From Podarcis erhardii (taxonomy: Eukaryota): a DNA stretch of 64,000 bases. Every line of letters begins with the position of its first letter. Position 1 is the stretch's first letter. The notes beneath the pieces are model-generated. The model was not told where the DNA came from and searched no databases. It was given only the letters and a program-made list of their open reading frames with translations. Shown here piece by piece: positions 23,901 to 38,030 of the stretch. The DNA lies in NCBI GenBank assembly GCA_964252035.1, contig OZ176205.1. The stretch is one strand, 5' to 3'. The translations under genes were made by a program, and so were the position numbers.

Positions 23901-25240
23901 CACATGCTGCAAGACAGCCAAGTTTGCAACGAGCTATTCATTCAATAGGGAGGCTCAACCAATCTGGAACCAACCATTTATTTATTTGAAGCATTTTATT
24001 TTATTCTATTTTTTGCCCCGCTCTTCAAAAACACTCCCAGTACAGTTTACAGTTCAATAATGATACCGAGAAAAGACGAGGCAGTCTCTGCCTTCTTGCT
24101 TACAATATGGAAGATATAACACAAAAGGAAAAACAAAGGGTGGGGATGGAGGAGGAAAACAATAGTGAACTTGGGCATCAGTGCTTGATTTGAACCATTA
24201 TTATAGTGACTAGCTGGGATGGAGGGAGAGGAGGAGCCAAATGGAGCTGGGTTGTTGTTGTTTTTCTAGCACACCCCATGGAGTGGCTCTGCTTCTTGTC
24301 TTCTGCTGCAGGTTGATGAATTGTGCGATGCACACCTTTGCCACGTACGTGAAATGAATCGGCCCCATTTACATTTCACATATTCAAGTGGATTAATAGA
24401 AATTGAAGGGGATATACTTAAAAAGCCGCTAAATGCCTGAAAGGGACCCTGAATCTTCAAAGATGACTAGTTGTAGCTCACAGTGCTGCGAAAGAGCCTT
24501 TCAGTGCCTTTGTACTGCCAAGGCTCAGCTCACAATCGGAAGGTAATGATGCAACAATTGCAAATAGGCACCTGCCATGGGACAGGATTAATTGATTTAT
24601 TAGATGAACTGGATTAACTTTCCAATTACAACCTGAATTGTTACTTACACAAGATAATTGACTAGATAGGGGGAAGAAAGGAGAAGGGGGTGGGAGGGAG
24701 AGAAGAGAAACCAAACTTTGGTTTGATTTTCTAAGACTTAAAAAAAAAAGGGGGGGGACTGATTTTGCCTGCAGCGATTTTCCTGCTGTGAGGAAATGAT
24801 CTCTAGTGGCAGGGAATTTCCAGGGAGTGCAGAACGGTCTGTGTAGTCGATGGATTCCCTGCTGTTCTTTGGGAGCCGTCAGTCACAGATGCTCCTTTCT
24901 GGTCTTGTTTTATCCCCTGATGTTTTTATTAGTGGGGAACTTTTTCTTCCTAAGTGGCTTTAAGTGATATTCTTGGATTGTTGCGCAGGTGAGGATGGCA
25001 AAGTTATCCCCCTGGGAAGAAAGCAAGGTCATGACAGCGCATAATATAACTGCTCCCTACAGGGAGCCATGAAAATCCAACCTTGCTGAACCTTCCCACT
25101 GGGAGTGAAAGCAGAGCCATCTGTAAGGGGGTTGTTGTTGCTCTGCAATTATTTCTTCATAGGCATAACAGTTAGGTCATGTTCTGGCTTCTCATTTCTT
25201 TCCCATCATCATTATGTTGCACCTGCATGTTGCGATCTTT

Positions 25241-25490
25241 CATAAGAACATCAGAAAAGCCCTGCTAGGTCAGGCCAAAGCCTCATCTTGTCCAGCATCT
25301 TCTTCTCCCAGTGGTGAACCACATGCCTCTGGGAAGCCTAGAAGCAGAACCTCAGTGCAACAACACTCTCCCCACTTGTGAATCCGAGCAACCGGATCCC
25401 AGAAAAACCCTGTCTGCAACAGTGGAGGTAGAATATAGCCGTCATGACTACTAGTCACTGATAGCATAATCCTCAATGAATTTGTCTAAT
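25241..25490 (-). mobile_element. CR1-type LINE 3' end
   Basis: Tail CATAAGAACA; same family as 58232-58330, 57868-57950 and about 13050-13120. Confidence 0.75.
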
Positions 25491-25833
25491 ATTTTTAGAA
25501 GGACTTCTTGCATATCATTGCTTGCCTTCTACTTCTTGATTTTTCTTGCCCATGGGGAGTTGTTCTTGTAAAAGGCAATAGCTTCTTCTCCAGAGGTTGG
25601 CAACCTAAGGCCCATGGGCCACAAGTGCCCCATGGGGGTCGTTTAACTGGCCCACGAGCCGCCCCCAAACTGAGCCACCCACTCGGCGAGTCCCCGCGCT
25701 CCGCTAAACCAACCCAGCATGGCGCAGGGACTCGCTTCCACGATGCTAGAAATTGTGTCTGTGCATGCTCAGACACCGAAAATTGCATCTGCGCAGATGC
25801 AGACAACAGAATTCATGTCTGCACAGACTCAGA

Positions 25834-25982
25834 ATTGAGTCTTCAGTGTGTATCTGAAGAAGTGTGCATGCACACGAAAGCTCATACCTAGAACTAACTC
25901 AGTTGGTCTTTAAGGTGCTACTGGAAGGAATTTTTTTATTTTGTTTTGACCATGGCAGACCAACACGGCTACCTATCTGTAA
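25834..25982 (+). mobile_element. Penelope-like element terminal fragment
   Basis: 15-bp TSD CTGCACAGACTCAGA (25819-25833, 25983-25997); near-identical to 54998-55123. Confidence 0.85.
25850..25887 (+). ncRNA. Minimal type I hammerhead ribozyme motif
   Basis: GUAU-CUGAAGA-A-GUGUGC-AU-GCACAC-GAAA-GC-UC-AUAC: stem I GUAU/AUAC, palindromic stem II, catalytic boxes CUGANGA and GAAA, palindromic AGCU in place of stem III. Confidence 0.8.
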
Positions 25983-28758
25983 CTGCACAGACTCAGATGC
26001 CAGAAATCGTGGCCATGAGCACTCATGTGCGCGAGAGATCCAGTCCATGGAGGGATCTCTGCTGGAGTGAACCGGCCCAGCCGAGGTAAACCTTGCCGAC
26101 CCCTGTTCTACTCCATCAGACCTCAAGACTGAATTAATGAAAAGCACTCATTGTAGTACTGTCTTTGGTCATGGTCCAGAAACTCGATGAAGAGTGCAGT
26201 GACTAGACTGCTGGTGGGGGCAGATGGTTGACAGCATGAGATACTTTTGCTAAAACATCTGCAATGGCTGCCCATATGTTAATGGTCCAGGGGCAAGGTT
26301 CTTGTATTAATATTCAAAGACCTGGACAACTTGGGTCTAGTTCAAGGATGTCTTAAAAACCATCTGTGCCCTTATATTCCAACTTGATTACTGAGATCAT
26401 CCAGAAGCACGCCATTAGTTGTCCCACATATCACTGGTCCCATACTGTGGAATATACTTCCAATAGAAATTCAGCTAACCTTCAGATATCTTGCTTGATT
26501 TACCTTTTTTGAGTTGAGTCAATAATTATTTTACTTATTTTGTATAGTTTTACAATATTTTATTATATCCATGGCCTTGACATTTTGTGTGAGTGGGTAG
26601 TGTGTAAATACTTTTATAAATAACTGAAAATAAGAGAGAGTAGTGTGTGGTTTAACGATCCCAAGAGCTGCTGCTTTGCCCCATGCAAAGTGTGGGAGAG
26701 CCCCTGCTTGGATAAAAAGATGAGTCTGGCCAGGATGGAATGCACATGCAGGAATGCAGCTCCACCTGGGGCAGAGCCAGCAAAGAGAGATGGGAAGACA
26801 GCATGGAGAGGGAAGATTCCCTTGGGCTCCTGTTGCAAGTCACACTGCAAGCTGCTTTCTGTGCAGATGCAAAGAATCATGCTGGGTGGGGAAGCAGGAA
26901 TGCACCCGGTTCAAATGTGGAAATGGCCATCACCCAAACGGTCCATGTAATGTATGTTCCTCCGTAGCTTCAAGAGGGCTCAAGTGCCTCCCTAGCAAAG
27001 TGCCTTCCACCAGAAGCTGGTGGAAACTAGGAAAGGCAGTGGCAGAGAACCTGTTTCAGTCTCAGACCTGCATTCCCATCTGGGCAACCTTCCAATGGTC
27101 ACATGCAAGGGTTGGGTGAGGTCAGAGGAAAAAATGGGTGAAGCAACAGGTGTAAATTTTACCTTTCTGAATTTTAACAGGTGTAAAGTGCTTTCTGAAT
27201 ATGCACCCCTCTCTGTTCTCCAGCCATGTAAATAAGAGCTCCAAGATTTCATTCCAGACCAGCAAAGTCTCTCATCTGGGGTATGTTAGCAGGGGTGGTG
27301 AGGGATGTGGCCTAGGAGAATGTGTGGAGCTGAGGAAGGGATGGGGCCTCAAACAAGTTCTGAGAAAGAGATAAAGGTGCTCCCCACCCCTGCTAAAAGG
27401 GAGTTGTCCGGAAGAATGATAAGAACAGCAAAAGAAAGTGGATCAGAGGAGAGTGCTAAAAGGAAAGATCTAGAGAGGAAAGAAAACAAAGTGAGAAAGG
27501 AAATTGTGAAGAGGTAGAATAACTGAGAACAACGGAAGAAAAAGTGGTGATCTACATACCGTCAAATATTTAGCTGCATGCCTTCCTAGGATTTCCCTGT
27601 GATATACAATAACTCCTGAAATTAATATGGAACTAGGTTGACTGAAAGGTTGGGTCAAAGCTGAGTACTGACTTCATTGTTTACATCTCTTGACGAATTA
27701 GTTATTCTAATTAGGAATGGATAACTGATCTCTGGAGCAGACATCCATGCCCCGTTCAGGTTCAATGAAAGAAAACCAAGAAGGAGTGTGAATATAACAA
27801 TGCACAAATCTATTAGAAAATGCAAACAGTTCAGGGGCTATAACTTGCTCAAGGGCAAGCAGGAGCTGGAGTAATTCCAAGCAGATAACTCATTGTAAAG
27901 GTATGCTAAGTGGTAAGAATGAGCAATATTTATCAGGTGTTCAGACTAAGCTGGTGGGAGGACATAAAGTGAGGATGCTTAAGGAAGAAGGCATTCCTAA
28001 ACTTCTCCTCTATCTGCTTTCTCAAATAGCAGAGAGAAGCGGTGCTAGACTAGCATGGATTATAAATGAGAACTGGAAGATGAATGCTCACTCTTCCTTT
28101 CTCCCTGTTTCAAATTCTTGTGGTCATGAGAAGACTGAGACTCAAAGAAGGAGAGTGATATACTGTCCACCCCTCTTGCTGTCTACCCTTTGGTCCACCA
28201 AACTCACATGCTCTTGCTGCAATGTTGGTCAGTTTTGAGCTTAGGTCAAAGAAATATGTGAGCTCCTTGTTTCCACCTAGAGTTGGCTGGCCTGACTCAA
28301 GGCAACTGTTTGAATCACCTGGAGCTATTTGCACTTCATTGTAGACCACATGCAATGGTGGTTGCATAGTTGGGGACTTCATGCCAATGGGTTTGACTGA
28401 AGCCAGCCATTAGTGAGGCTTTTCACACACATTCATAGGCACACACCCACTTCTGGGGAGTCTGCCCATTTGGAGCCTGATGTTTAACTTTCCCCTTCTG
28501 AAGAGTAGACAATGCCCCCTGCCATCTGCAATTACAGGAAAGGCCAGCCAAGATTGGCATGGGATTTTCCAGAAGTGTGGGAACCCCAGAAGGCTGCAGG
28601 GTCCAGAAAACCACAGAGATGGTTTGCAGAATGAAGGAAATGGGAGACTCACAAACACCTCTTGGCTACCTCAAACGTTAGTAGAACAAAAACACTTCCT
28701 CCAGCCCTGAAAGTTTAATAATTTTCTAATGCGATTTCATTTCTCATTAGCTGATGGA

Positions 28759-29158
28759 ATAATAATAATAATAACAATAATTTATTATTTGTACCCTGCC
28801 CATCTGGCTGGGTTTCCCCAGCCACTCTGGGCGGCTTCCAACAAAGATGAAAAATACACTAAAATGTCACATATTAAAAACTTCCCTGAACAGGGCTGCC
28901 TTCAGATGTCTTCTGAATGTCAGGTAGTTGTTTATCGCTTTGACATCTGATGGGAGGGCGTTCCACAGGGTGGGCGCCACTACCGAGAAGGCCCTCTGCC
29001 TGGTTTCCTGTAACTTGGCCTCTCGCAGTGAGGGAACCTCCAGAAGGCCCTCGGAGCTGGACCTCGTTGTCCGGGCAGAACGATAGGGGAGGAGACGCTC
29101 CTTCAGATATACTGGACCGAGGCCATTTAGGGCTTTAAAGGTCAGCACCAACACTTGG
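28759..29158 (-). mobile_element. Young L2 LINE 3' fragment
   Basis: Open ORF2 C-terminus LTFKALNGLGPVYL...RAFSVVAPTLWNALP...; (TAT)n tail; TGATGGA flanking duplication. Confidence 0.9.
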
Positions 29159-31319
29159 TGATGGAGAATGATGTGGGAGAAATTTTTGGTACAGCACTAC
29201 ATGTTGCAAAACAGCATCTATCACTTCATGATGCCTCTTCTTTCCTAAATTCTGTCATCCATCATCTTCCTGTGGTTTCTAGTTTCTCCTCCTGCCCTAA
29301 GTTGGTTTACGGTGAGACAATTCCTTAGCATTTGCTTTCTGTTAAACTCTGAATTCTTCAAAGTTCAACTTTCAACTCACTCTTAGTGAAAAATTTAATT
29401 TTCTGTCACAGTACTCAACCCATCCATCACTGCTGTATTGTTCTTTTTTAGGTAGAAGGTATCTTCATGCATGTGGTGAATTCCCACCTTCCCTGAGAAA
29501 CCTCTTTGTAGGTTAGTAACAGTTTTGTTCTGTTTTAACTTCTGATCTTGGCCATTATATGTTGGGTTCCAAATGATGCCTAGGAGAGTTTGTCTCAATA
29601 AGGATTGAGCTGAAGACCTTTGAAAAGTAATGGTGGTTAGCTTTCCAAAAATAAGCACTTGAGAGCAGCCTGTTTGATGATATTGATCCCTTTCTGCTAA
29701 AAAGGAGAGAAAAAAACTGAGGCACTTAATGGCCCATGTTATGTATCATTGTCTAAGGAGCATGGTATTGTTCAAGGATATGGAATATCATTTTCATTCT
29801 CTGTGTATGGGGGTGAATAGACAGAATTAATTCCAGATTGTACTAATTCCTTGCTCTGAGGTTGGTATGAAAGAGGTATTCAGCACCTTTGAGGATTAAG
29901 CTCATGATTTCTGAATACATTTTGAATCATCTTTAGTTTTTCCACATCCCCTCTTCACTCCCAAGATAATCCACTTGTAATTATTAAATTTGTCTTACTG
30001 TCAATCTTTTTACAATACACCGACAGTCTCTTTTTCCTCTCTCATTAGATTGCTTTTCCATTAGTTTCCAATGAAGTTATTCTTGGTTTATTTAGAATGT
30101 TGGAAATGAAAGTCTCAAATCCTGAAGCCCTCCATTTATATCACCTTCCTTCACATCCCTGTTATTTATTTGAATGTTTACCCTGGCCTTTCTTGAAGGC
30201 TCTGTGTAAGTTACAAAGTGCTTAACAAAAAAAAAAGCAATAAAAAGAAACTCTGAAAACACATCAGATCTTACCAACTGATTAAAATCTCATCTCATCA
30301 TCGCCTTTTAACAGCAGGCTGCTCAATGGACTTGTCTTCTTGTGACAGTTTCAATGCATTAGAGGAAGGGGAAATAATCTCTATTCTTTTCCCTTTGGAA
30401 AAACCTCCCAGTTCGTATTTAGACAAGAATTCACAGGTTATGTTCATCTCATCTCTTTCCTAATAAAACTTATGTTACAGCACATATTTTAGTTATCAAT
30501 CTCTGTTTTAATTTGTGTATTGATTCTACCTTTAAAGCCCTGAGACGTTGGTCCTCTTTCCCCTTCCCAGAAGCCTTACAATGGCACAGCACTGTTTTGA
30601 CCAAAGGCATTAATTTGCCCACTCCCGTGTTCTATTGGACAGAGACAGACTTCCCTAGAACCAAATTAATAATTCTTATGAATCTGGACCAATATGGTCC
30701 ACTCCCTAGACCAATATGTGAACTGAAATACAGCCGTCCTTCAAAATGTGCACTTGTCTGAATTTTGCAATGCAGTTCTATCGCACCATCACCTACCTTC
30801 TAGAGTTCTATCACTTTTGCAACTGAATCTTGTATCCTTCACTCAAGCCAGTGGCATTCTTTACCTCCTGCAACACACACCTTGCAAATTTTGAAGCACA
30901 TAGAATATTGGACAACAACTCATTTCCCCTCCTTCCCCTTTCTCCCCTTAAGCTGTTCCTGCTGGTCTTCAAAATAGTTTACTATTTTTAAAATTAGAGA
31001 CTAATTGGTCTAGCAGCTGCTTTTCTTGCTGTACTGAATAATTCATGCTATCTGAGTTTAAAAGTGCAATATTAGGGGTATCATAGCATGCGTATAAGAA
31101 AGGACAGGTCTGCTACAGAATTACCATCTGCAATGCTATACAGAGCCAAAACATATTTTCAAAACCAAAACCAGCCCAGGAACAATAAAAATTCTCTTGG
31201 GTGCTCTCTGAATTGACATTAAAGTATATAGTTCTGAGGGGGGTTGGAACTAGGTGGAAATTGAACACTCATAGAGGAATGTTCAGCCTCCATGTCATTA
31301 TGCCGAGAGAACATCAGAT

Positions 31320-31350
<31 letters not shown>

Positions 31351-34300
31351 TCTGTATTCTTGTAAAGGAACTTTTCTGAAAGCCATGGAGATTTGAAGAT
31401 GGAAGCCTTGAGTTTGTTCACCATATTTGTTCAGATGGATCAGATATCATGATCCAGTTTTGCAAACCCAAAACTCGCATATTCCCGTGGAAGGAGGAGA
31501 CATTGCCACTAAACTGGGTGTGAAAGTCACACTGTGCATGTGTGAGCATTGCTGTTGTGCATGTAAACTAAACATAAAGGCTGATGCCATTTCTGCTTTG
31601 TGAAAATATATTTAGACAAAAAGAATGAGTTCCGGGGGGGGGGGGTTCATCTTGTGACAGAGAAACAGGTTATTGGATTCCGCTAGCAGCACTCCACTTG
31701 GGGCTGCCCTTGGACAGCATTTGGGTAAAAGTCAGCTCTTACAACCCCTGGTAGCCAACTAGACATTCCAGGCAGAAAGTCACAAATAACATTGTGTTTT
31801 ATCCAACGTAGTGCTAAGTAACTGGCTCAATTGCCACAAGTATTTCCTCTTGTGCAATGGAATTTCCCCCCTCCTTTCTCCTATGCAACCCCTAATTCTA
31901 TTCTGATTGTTCTCTCCACCTACCATAGCAGATTTGGGGAAGCTACAGAGGAAGGGAAGTTCCATTTTGCAAGTGTAAATCCTTGTGCTGATGAAACAAG
32001 TTAGTTGCATACAATTTCAATTATTGTTACCCATCCTTTACCATAAGACCCCAGGCTGGAATACATCTGGAGAAAGCTAATAACATAAAATAAAGGGGAG
32101 ATTAACCCACCCCTAAACCCCATGCAATTGTGTGACACCAAACTATTTGAAGGACCAACTCCTCTTCTACAATCCTGCTCACTTACGTGAGCATTAGAGG
32201 CCTTGTTTGGCATCTTACCCCTTTTAGTGGCATGGCTTGATGCGATGCAAGACAGAGCCTTCTTTGTTGCAGCACACAGGATGTAGAACCTGATTATTTC
32301 CCTCCATTTCAAGCTTCAGATGAGCTCTTAAAACTTCTCTGTCTTCTTAAAAGCACCTAGCTTTTATTCTGTGGTACTTTCTTTGTCTCTCCTATTAGTC
32401 TACCCTTGAAGCTGGTCCAGAAGCTGGTGCAGAATGTAGCTGCCAGGTTTTTGAGCAGCGCAGCAAAATGAGATCACATGTCATCAGATCTTTAAGAAGT
32501 GCACTGGGTACATTATCACCGAGTTGTCATTAACAGCTTTCAGGAATCAACTGATGAGGTATCTTATTCTCCAGGCCTTTGGGGGTTATATGTCCAGTAA
32601 TTATTTTGTTTGCTGCTGAGTTCAGTATATATCTGTGCCTTAAGATCATCAAATGGTGTGTTTTGTTTATGAGCAACCAGCCCAGATATCTTAACTGTTT
32701 GGCTCAGCTCTGATGGGAGTTGTAGCCCCAAATATTCAAAGGCCATCTTGTTGGGAAAGACAGCTTTAGCTAGAGATTAGGGACTAGCAGCCCCAGCAAT
32801 TACTACATACAAATCATGGATTCTTCCACCAAGTTCTGGCCCTTTCCCTATCTTATAATTAGTTCATATCTCTGTCTAGGATTGCATACATGGGGTTATC
32901 CCAACAACCCTGCTGAAAGACAATATCCAAAGCTACCCAGCTCCATAATTTTCACAGCAAAGCACGATTCTGGATGCAAGTCCAATGCACTATTCATGAT
33001 ACAACACTGTTTCTCTTTTACATACTATCACAATGCTCCTAAATCCAGTTTAACTGTGGTTCATAATAGCTTCATCACCCTCTGGTGCATTTTATTCATC
33101 TAGTTACTTGTGCGTTGCTTTTATTTTCTTGTGAGTTGGTCTTATTTTCAACTATTGACTAAGGACCATTTCCACGTTGAATATAATGTGTGGTCTGTCT
33201 CTAGTAAATGACTGAAAGAGAGAGTCAAATTATTCACGTATTAAGAGGGCTGACAAAAGCAGATTTAAACAATAAATCCTGCATTTTTAACTACTTCTCC
33301 TTGCCCAACAACCATTCCGAGGCAAATTTAAGACTGAAGGAATGAGTTCCAGCAATGCAGAACTGTTTGAAAGCCTAAAATTCCAATCCTTTTCAAAGAC
33401 ATTCTTTGGAAGGATGGAAAGGGTTGCAGATAAATGTAATGTAAGCTCCTTGTGGATCTGCTGATTCTTGCAAAGTGCAATTTCTAGCAAAAATCTACTA
33501 AAAGGCAAGGGATGTGATGACTTGAATAAATAATTAGATGAAAGTTGAAGAGGGGGACATTTTACTTTCCTGAACATGAAAGTGATCTCAGTCTCTTAAA
33601 CATTGTTAGGCAGTAGAACTAATCAAGTTGAAGTCAAATAGAGTCCTAGATTCAAGTAATTTTACATCTCCTTTAATCTTCTTCTCGAATGCTGGTCTTA
33701 GAGGTGGGAACCACAGTTAGAAGCAGTTGGCTTCTAGGGAACTTGTTCCATTTTGAAACAGAAAAGCCCATAGTATATTAGTTTTCTTAGAACCCAGACC
33801 TTTAATGAAGGGATTTTTTATATTTATCTCCCTACAGAGAGGAATATAAAGTAATATAAAACCATAATTTAGCATTGAATAGTTAGCGCAATATTCAGAT
33901 GACAAAAAGAGTTATATCAAATATCTCCCTGAATCTAGCAATCTGAATCAGGATCTAGCAATGTAACCAAAGATGCAAGGCATAATATTAATAAAAATGA
34001 AAACATTTTAATTCCTGCATAAATATAATAATAAAACTATCATGCATCACAGCAAGATGAAGTGGTCCATTTGCTTCTGAGTGGATGCACCTGTAGCTAA
34101 ATTATCATGAAGCCCAGCTTTGTGCAAGGATTTGCTTCTGTTTAAAGAGGTGGATGAAGGTGGAGCCATTTTTGACTCCCAATAGCAGTGAATGGAGCTG
34201 GGGGATTGGATTTTAGTTTTTCAGACCACAAAGCACTTAGGGAGAAAGTGAGCTGCTGAATCCAGATCAGAGATACTTTGACATATATGTCACAACATGG

Positions 34301-37300
34301 ATGAAATTCCTATAGGATGTTATAGATGAGTCATATTTTGCATTGGCTGGACCCTCTAGCCATGCCATATGGAAGTGGTTGAGTACATATTTCACGAAGC
34401 AAACATCATTGTGGCTAGTTAGGAAATAACTCTTCAATTGCAAACAATGCAACTGCTTCATTTGCAAGGGCTTGGACAATTTTCCTGCTGAGAAAATTAA
34501 TCCATTTTTTTAAGGGCCACAGCCAGATTGCGCCTTAGGGAGGAATCCAACAGTATGCTAAGGCAATTGTTCCAACAGGGCAAGCATTTAGGCTTGCCAG
34601 ATGCAGCAATCTTTTCACTCTACATATTGTTCTCGCGGGGCAGGTTCTTCTGACCAGCCCTGAACCAATTTGGGGGAGTGCAGGGGCACATGAGGGGGTG
34701 TAAGAGAGGAAAGCCTCATTGTGCAAACGCCTACACTGCTTCTTCTGCTGGGGCTCATTGATTGAAAACTGCCCGCAGTTACTAAAGTTATGAAAATGCC
34801 CAAGCATTTGGTGAACACAGGTATTGTATCTGAAATTTGGGGTGGCCACCTATCAGAGATGTCTGGGAGTCCATTTCCTGTATCTGCAGTGGTTTCAACC
34901 AGAAGGCCATCGAGGTCCCATGCAGCTGTATGATTCTATGATCTGGTCATCAAATAGAAATAGACTTGATCATGAAATAAAAGTTTCAAATTAAAAATAA
35001 TGAACTGCAAGACGGTAACTCATTTCGAGTTTTTCTTAATGGTCCCTAATGTATTTAGATGAAATGCCTTGTCGTTTTCCGTGACAAAGGGGAACTGTGT
35101 TTAACTTGTCATGGAATTCACTTGATATTGGTATAAATGAGCTATAAAGCATGTCTGTGATTGCCTTCTGAATAATATCCATGCGTTCCTCCTGTAAAAT
35201 TGTTTCATAAGAGATGAAATATAGTCTTGGTGCCAGATTGACACTTTAGGAACCTTAATGTGAATGAAAGATTAATGTTAATCATAGGACAATGTCATTT
35301 TCTTACAAGGCATTATAACTGTCTGTGTTAAAGTAGCTTATATTTATTGGGTGGCTATTTGACTTCAAGCAGAAGCCTTTTGCCCACAATTATGAAAAAA
35401 ACTGAGAAACCTTAGTAGAGAAAAGTTAATATAAAACTGTTAGCAGCTGAAATCCTATCTTATTTCTTGTGCTGTATTCTATTGTATCACATTATGAATT
35501 CTAGGGAATTCAGATGGTTATACAGTGTAAAGGTGGTGTTTCCACTTCGCAATAACACTCCGGCACAGTCAGCATTGGTATTTACATTCTTTATTACATA
35601 TATACAAGAAACAGCTACAGTCCAGAATTACGTGTCCAAAACCATTGAGTCAGATTAGGGGAGTGGCTTCCTACAATTCCCACGCCAACAAAGTAGGCAT
35701 GGGAATCGCTCAAGATGTCTTTGATCCTTATGTTTCATTTCCCTCCTTGTCTGTGCTGATTTGAAAGCCCACTCTTTTCCTGATTCTGAGCTTCCTTCCC
35801 AAGCCTCTGGGAAGTTGAAGGGCTCTTCAGCATCCCTGAGCCCCTGTTTTGCCTCTTCTGACCATTGCTCCTCTGAATCCTCCCTGACATACAATAAAAT
35901 ACAATATAAGGAATAAAAGAAGCAATTAAAAATCACACAGCATCTAGCACAGACAGAAAAGTCAGGGTTCTTTTACCTGGGGGTGCAAGGGGTGTGGGGC
36001 ACCCGGGCGCCAAATCCTGGTCCCACCGCTGAAGCTACCTAAGCTCTTAACTATCTACCTGTTATGAAATAATAAATAATTTTGATCAAGCTAGAAAAAC
36101 AAAATACATATATATCTAGGTATTCCTGAAATGTATACCTACTGTTTCACTAAAGGACTTTCGACTTTGTATGCCCATTTACCAAAGATGTGCCATGCCA
36201 GAGGTGGCACTTGTCATTCACAATGGCGATGCTTGACTCAGTGATGGCGGTTGTCATTCACAATGGCGGCACTTGCCATTCTCAATGGCGCTGTGCACGC
36301 AAAATTAACTCTTACATCAAAATATTAAAAATTAATTTGGGGGCTAAATTAATTTGGGGGTGCTGGGTTGATCTTTGCACTCTGGCAGCACATATGCTAA
36401 AGTCTGCGCTGAGAAAAATCATTAAGTGCCCCCAACCCTCAGCAATTTTCAAGTGGTTCAAGTGGAAGGGGTGTCTTGGGAACTACTGCCTTAGTTAAGT
36501 CAAACAAAAAGTTTTTAATCAGGCATTAGTGAACTTCACTTCCCGTCCTTGAGGCTGGTGGAGAGAGAGAGAAAAAGAGGTAATGTGTTCATTACGAGAA
36601 ATGTTGATTGTGCAGTGCCACAGGTAACTGATGTTAATTTGAGTGAGGCTACACATTCAGATAAGCAATAAATAGTTTGTGTACAAATCTCATGAGTGTC
36701 AATATGCATTCCTCTTGGTATTCTCATCTTCTTCACAACTCCCTGCCCTACCACACAAAACAAGCTGAGTAAGTCCAGTTAAGAGATGGTTTAAAGGTGT
36801 AAACAGAACAATGACATGTTGTCCACCCTTTGAAGGACAGAGAACATTCAAAGGGTGCCCTAGCCTGCCACCCTTAATTAACCCATTCTCCCATTGAGCA
36901 CAAGCAAGGGTTGAACTGAACCAGGATGCTGGAATTTTGGACTTGGGTTACCTGAAAGTGTACCTAGCTTTGGTACTTTTCCACAACATCATCTATAACT
37001 TTCCTTTTTGTGACACTGTAATTAGCTGTGGTGGAATGGATGGCACTGCAAAGACTGAATTACGACTTCAAGTGCAGAGTAAGCCTTAGGGCAGGTGAAC
37101 TTAAAAGAAACAAAGGTGCAGTTTTCATTCAGACATCCCTCATGATAAGAAAAGGAAATGACAGATAAAGAAAGAAAGAAAAAGAAAAAGAAAACTCATG
37201 TTGGAAAGATGAGATACTCACTGGACTTCATTCTTTCATTCAAAAGTTTGAAGAAGTCTCCTAAATTGTGTGTATGTTTGCACACACTCACACGCTACAG

Positions 37301-37749
37301 ACACAAGAGAAATTCAAATCAGTATGCATTTAAAGCCAAATCTGTCAAATTTGCACTTATGAACTGAAATACAACCATCCTTCAAAATTTACAATTAGCC
37401 AAATCTTGCGATTCAGTTCTGCAAACCAAAGGTTTACAAAAATACATGTGTTAGGGGAAAGTATGTGTGCCTAAAAATGATATAGCATACACAAATGACA
37501 ATAGCATACACCAATGCATTATATTATGGGAAAGTACTTGCAAAAATGTGTACAATAGTCAACACTGCATATACAGAAATATATTTATTAGGAGAAAATT
37601 GCAATAAGATGCTGGTGAATTTTCATGAGAAATTTGGAGAACTCAGTTGAAGACTGGAAAAATGAGAATTGGAGAGCACCAAGATTGGCAGTCTTACATT
37701 CCTACTAACTTTGCAGGTAAGTAAGTAGGTAGAGTACCTGAGTTTTCTA

Positions 37750-38030
37750 GAGAAGGACTGTAGATGGGGAACAGGAGGGAGGAGCAGCTATGCTTGCTTC
37801 CTGGCAGGTGGCTCACTGTCATTATCAGGAGGAAGAGGCAAAAGGCTAAGGTGGCAGGAAGGCTGGTGCAGTGCAAATGCAGTGGCAGGAACAAAGGACT
37901 GACTTCCCCAGTGCATCTGCACCATGCCAACCTCCCTGCTGCCTCCCCCCATCACACTAAGCAGCAGCAAGCCACCGGCAAGTAGCATAGTCGCTCCATC
38001 CCACACAGCTCTGTTTTCCTGCACATTCCA
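37750..38030. repeat. Old partly palindromic interspersed repeat, unclassified; relative split at 48710-48865 and 49740-49830
   Basis: Shared AAGGT.GCAGGAAG..TGGTGCA and TGCACCATGC..ACCTC motifs. Confidence 0.4.

Larger units (their letters stand above)
25591..26105. mobile_element. hAT MITE hosting a Penelope-like insert
   Basis: CAGAGGTTGGCAACC ... CCTTGCCGACCCCTG termini; 8-bp TSD TTCTTCTC/TTCTACTC. Confidence 0.85.

Noticed and set aside
27276-27540. Purine-rich 70-aa ORF (LPTPAKRELSGRMIRTAKE...) resembling the LTR peptides
   Set aside because: No TG...CA ends, TSD, TATA or DNA homology to families A or B found
30315-30436. Possible exon (TTTTAACAG acceptor, CAG|GTTATG donor, open frame MDLSSCDSFNALEEGEIISILFPLEKPPSSYLDKNSQ)
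   Set aside because: Weak donor, no recognised protein and no partner exons; needs RNA-seq or BLASTX before a call
36200-36292. Three ~21-bp direct repeats (CTTGTCATTCACAATGGCG) with spacers, superficially CRISPR-like
   Set aside because: Vertebrate DNA, irregular short spacers and no cas genes; probably subterminal repeats of a decayed DNA transposon
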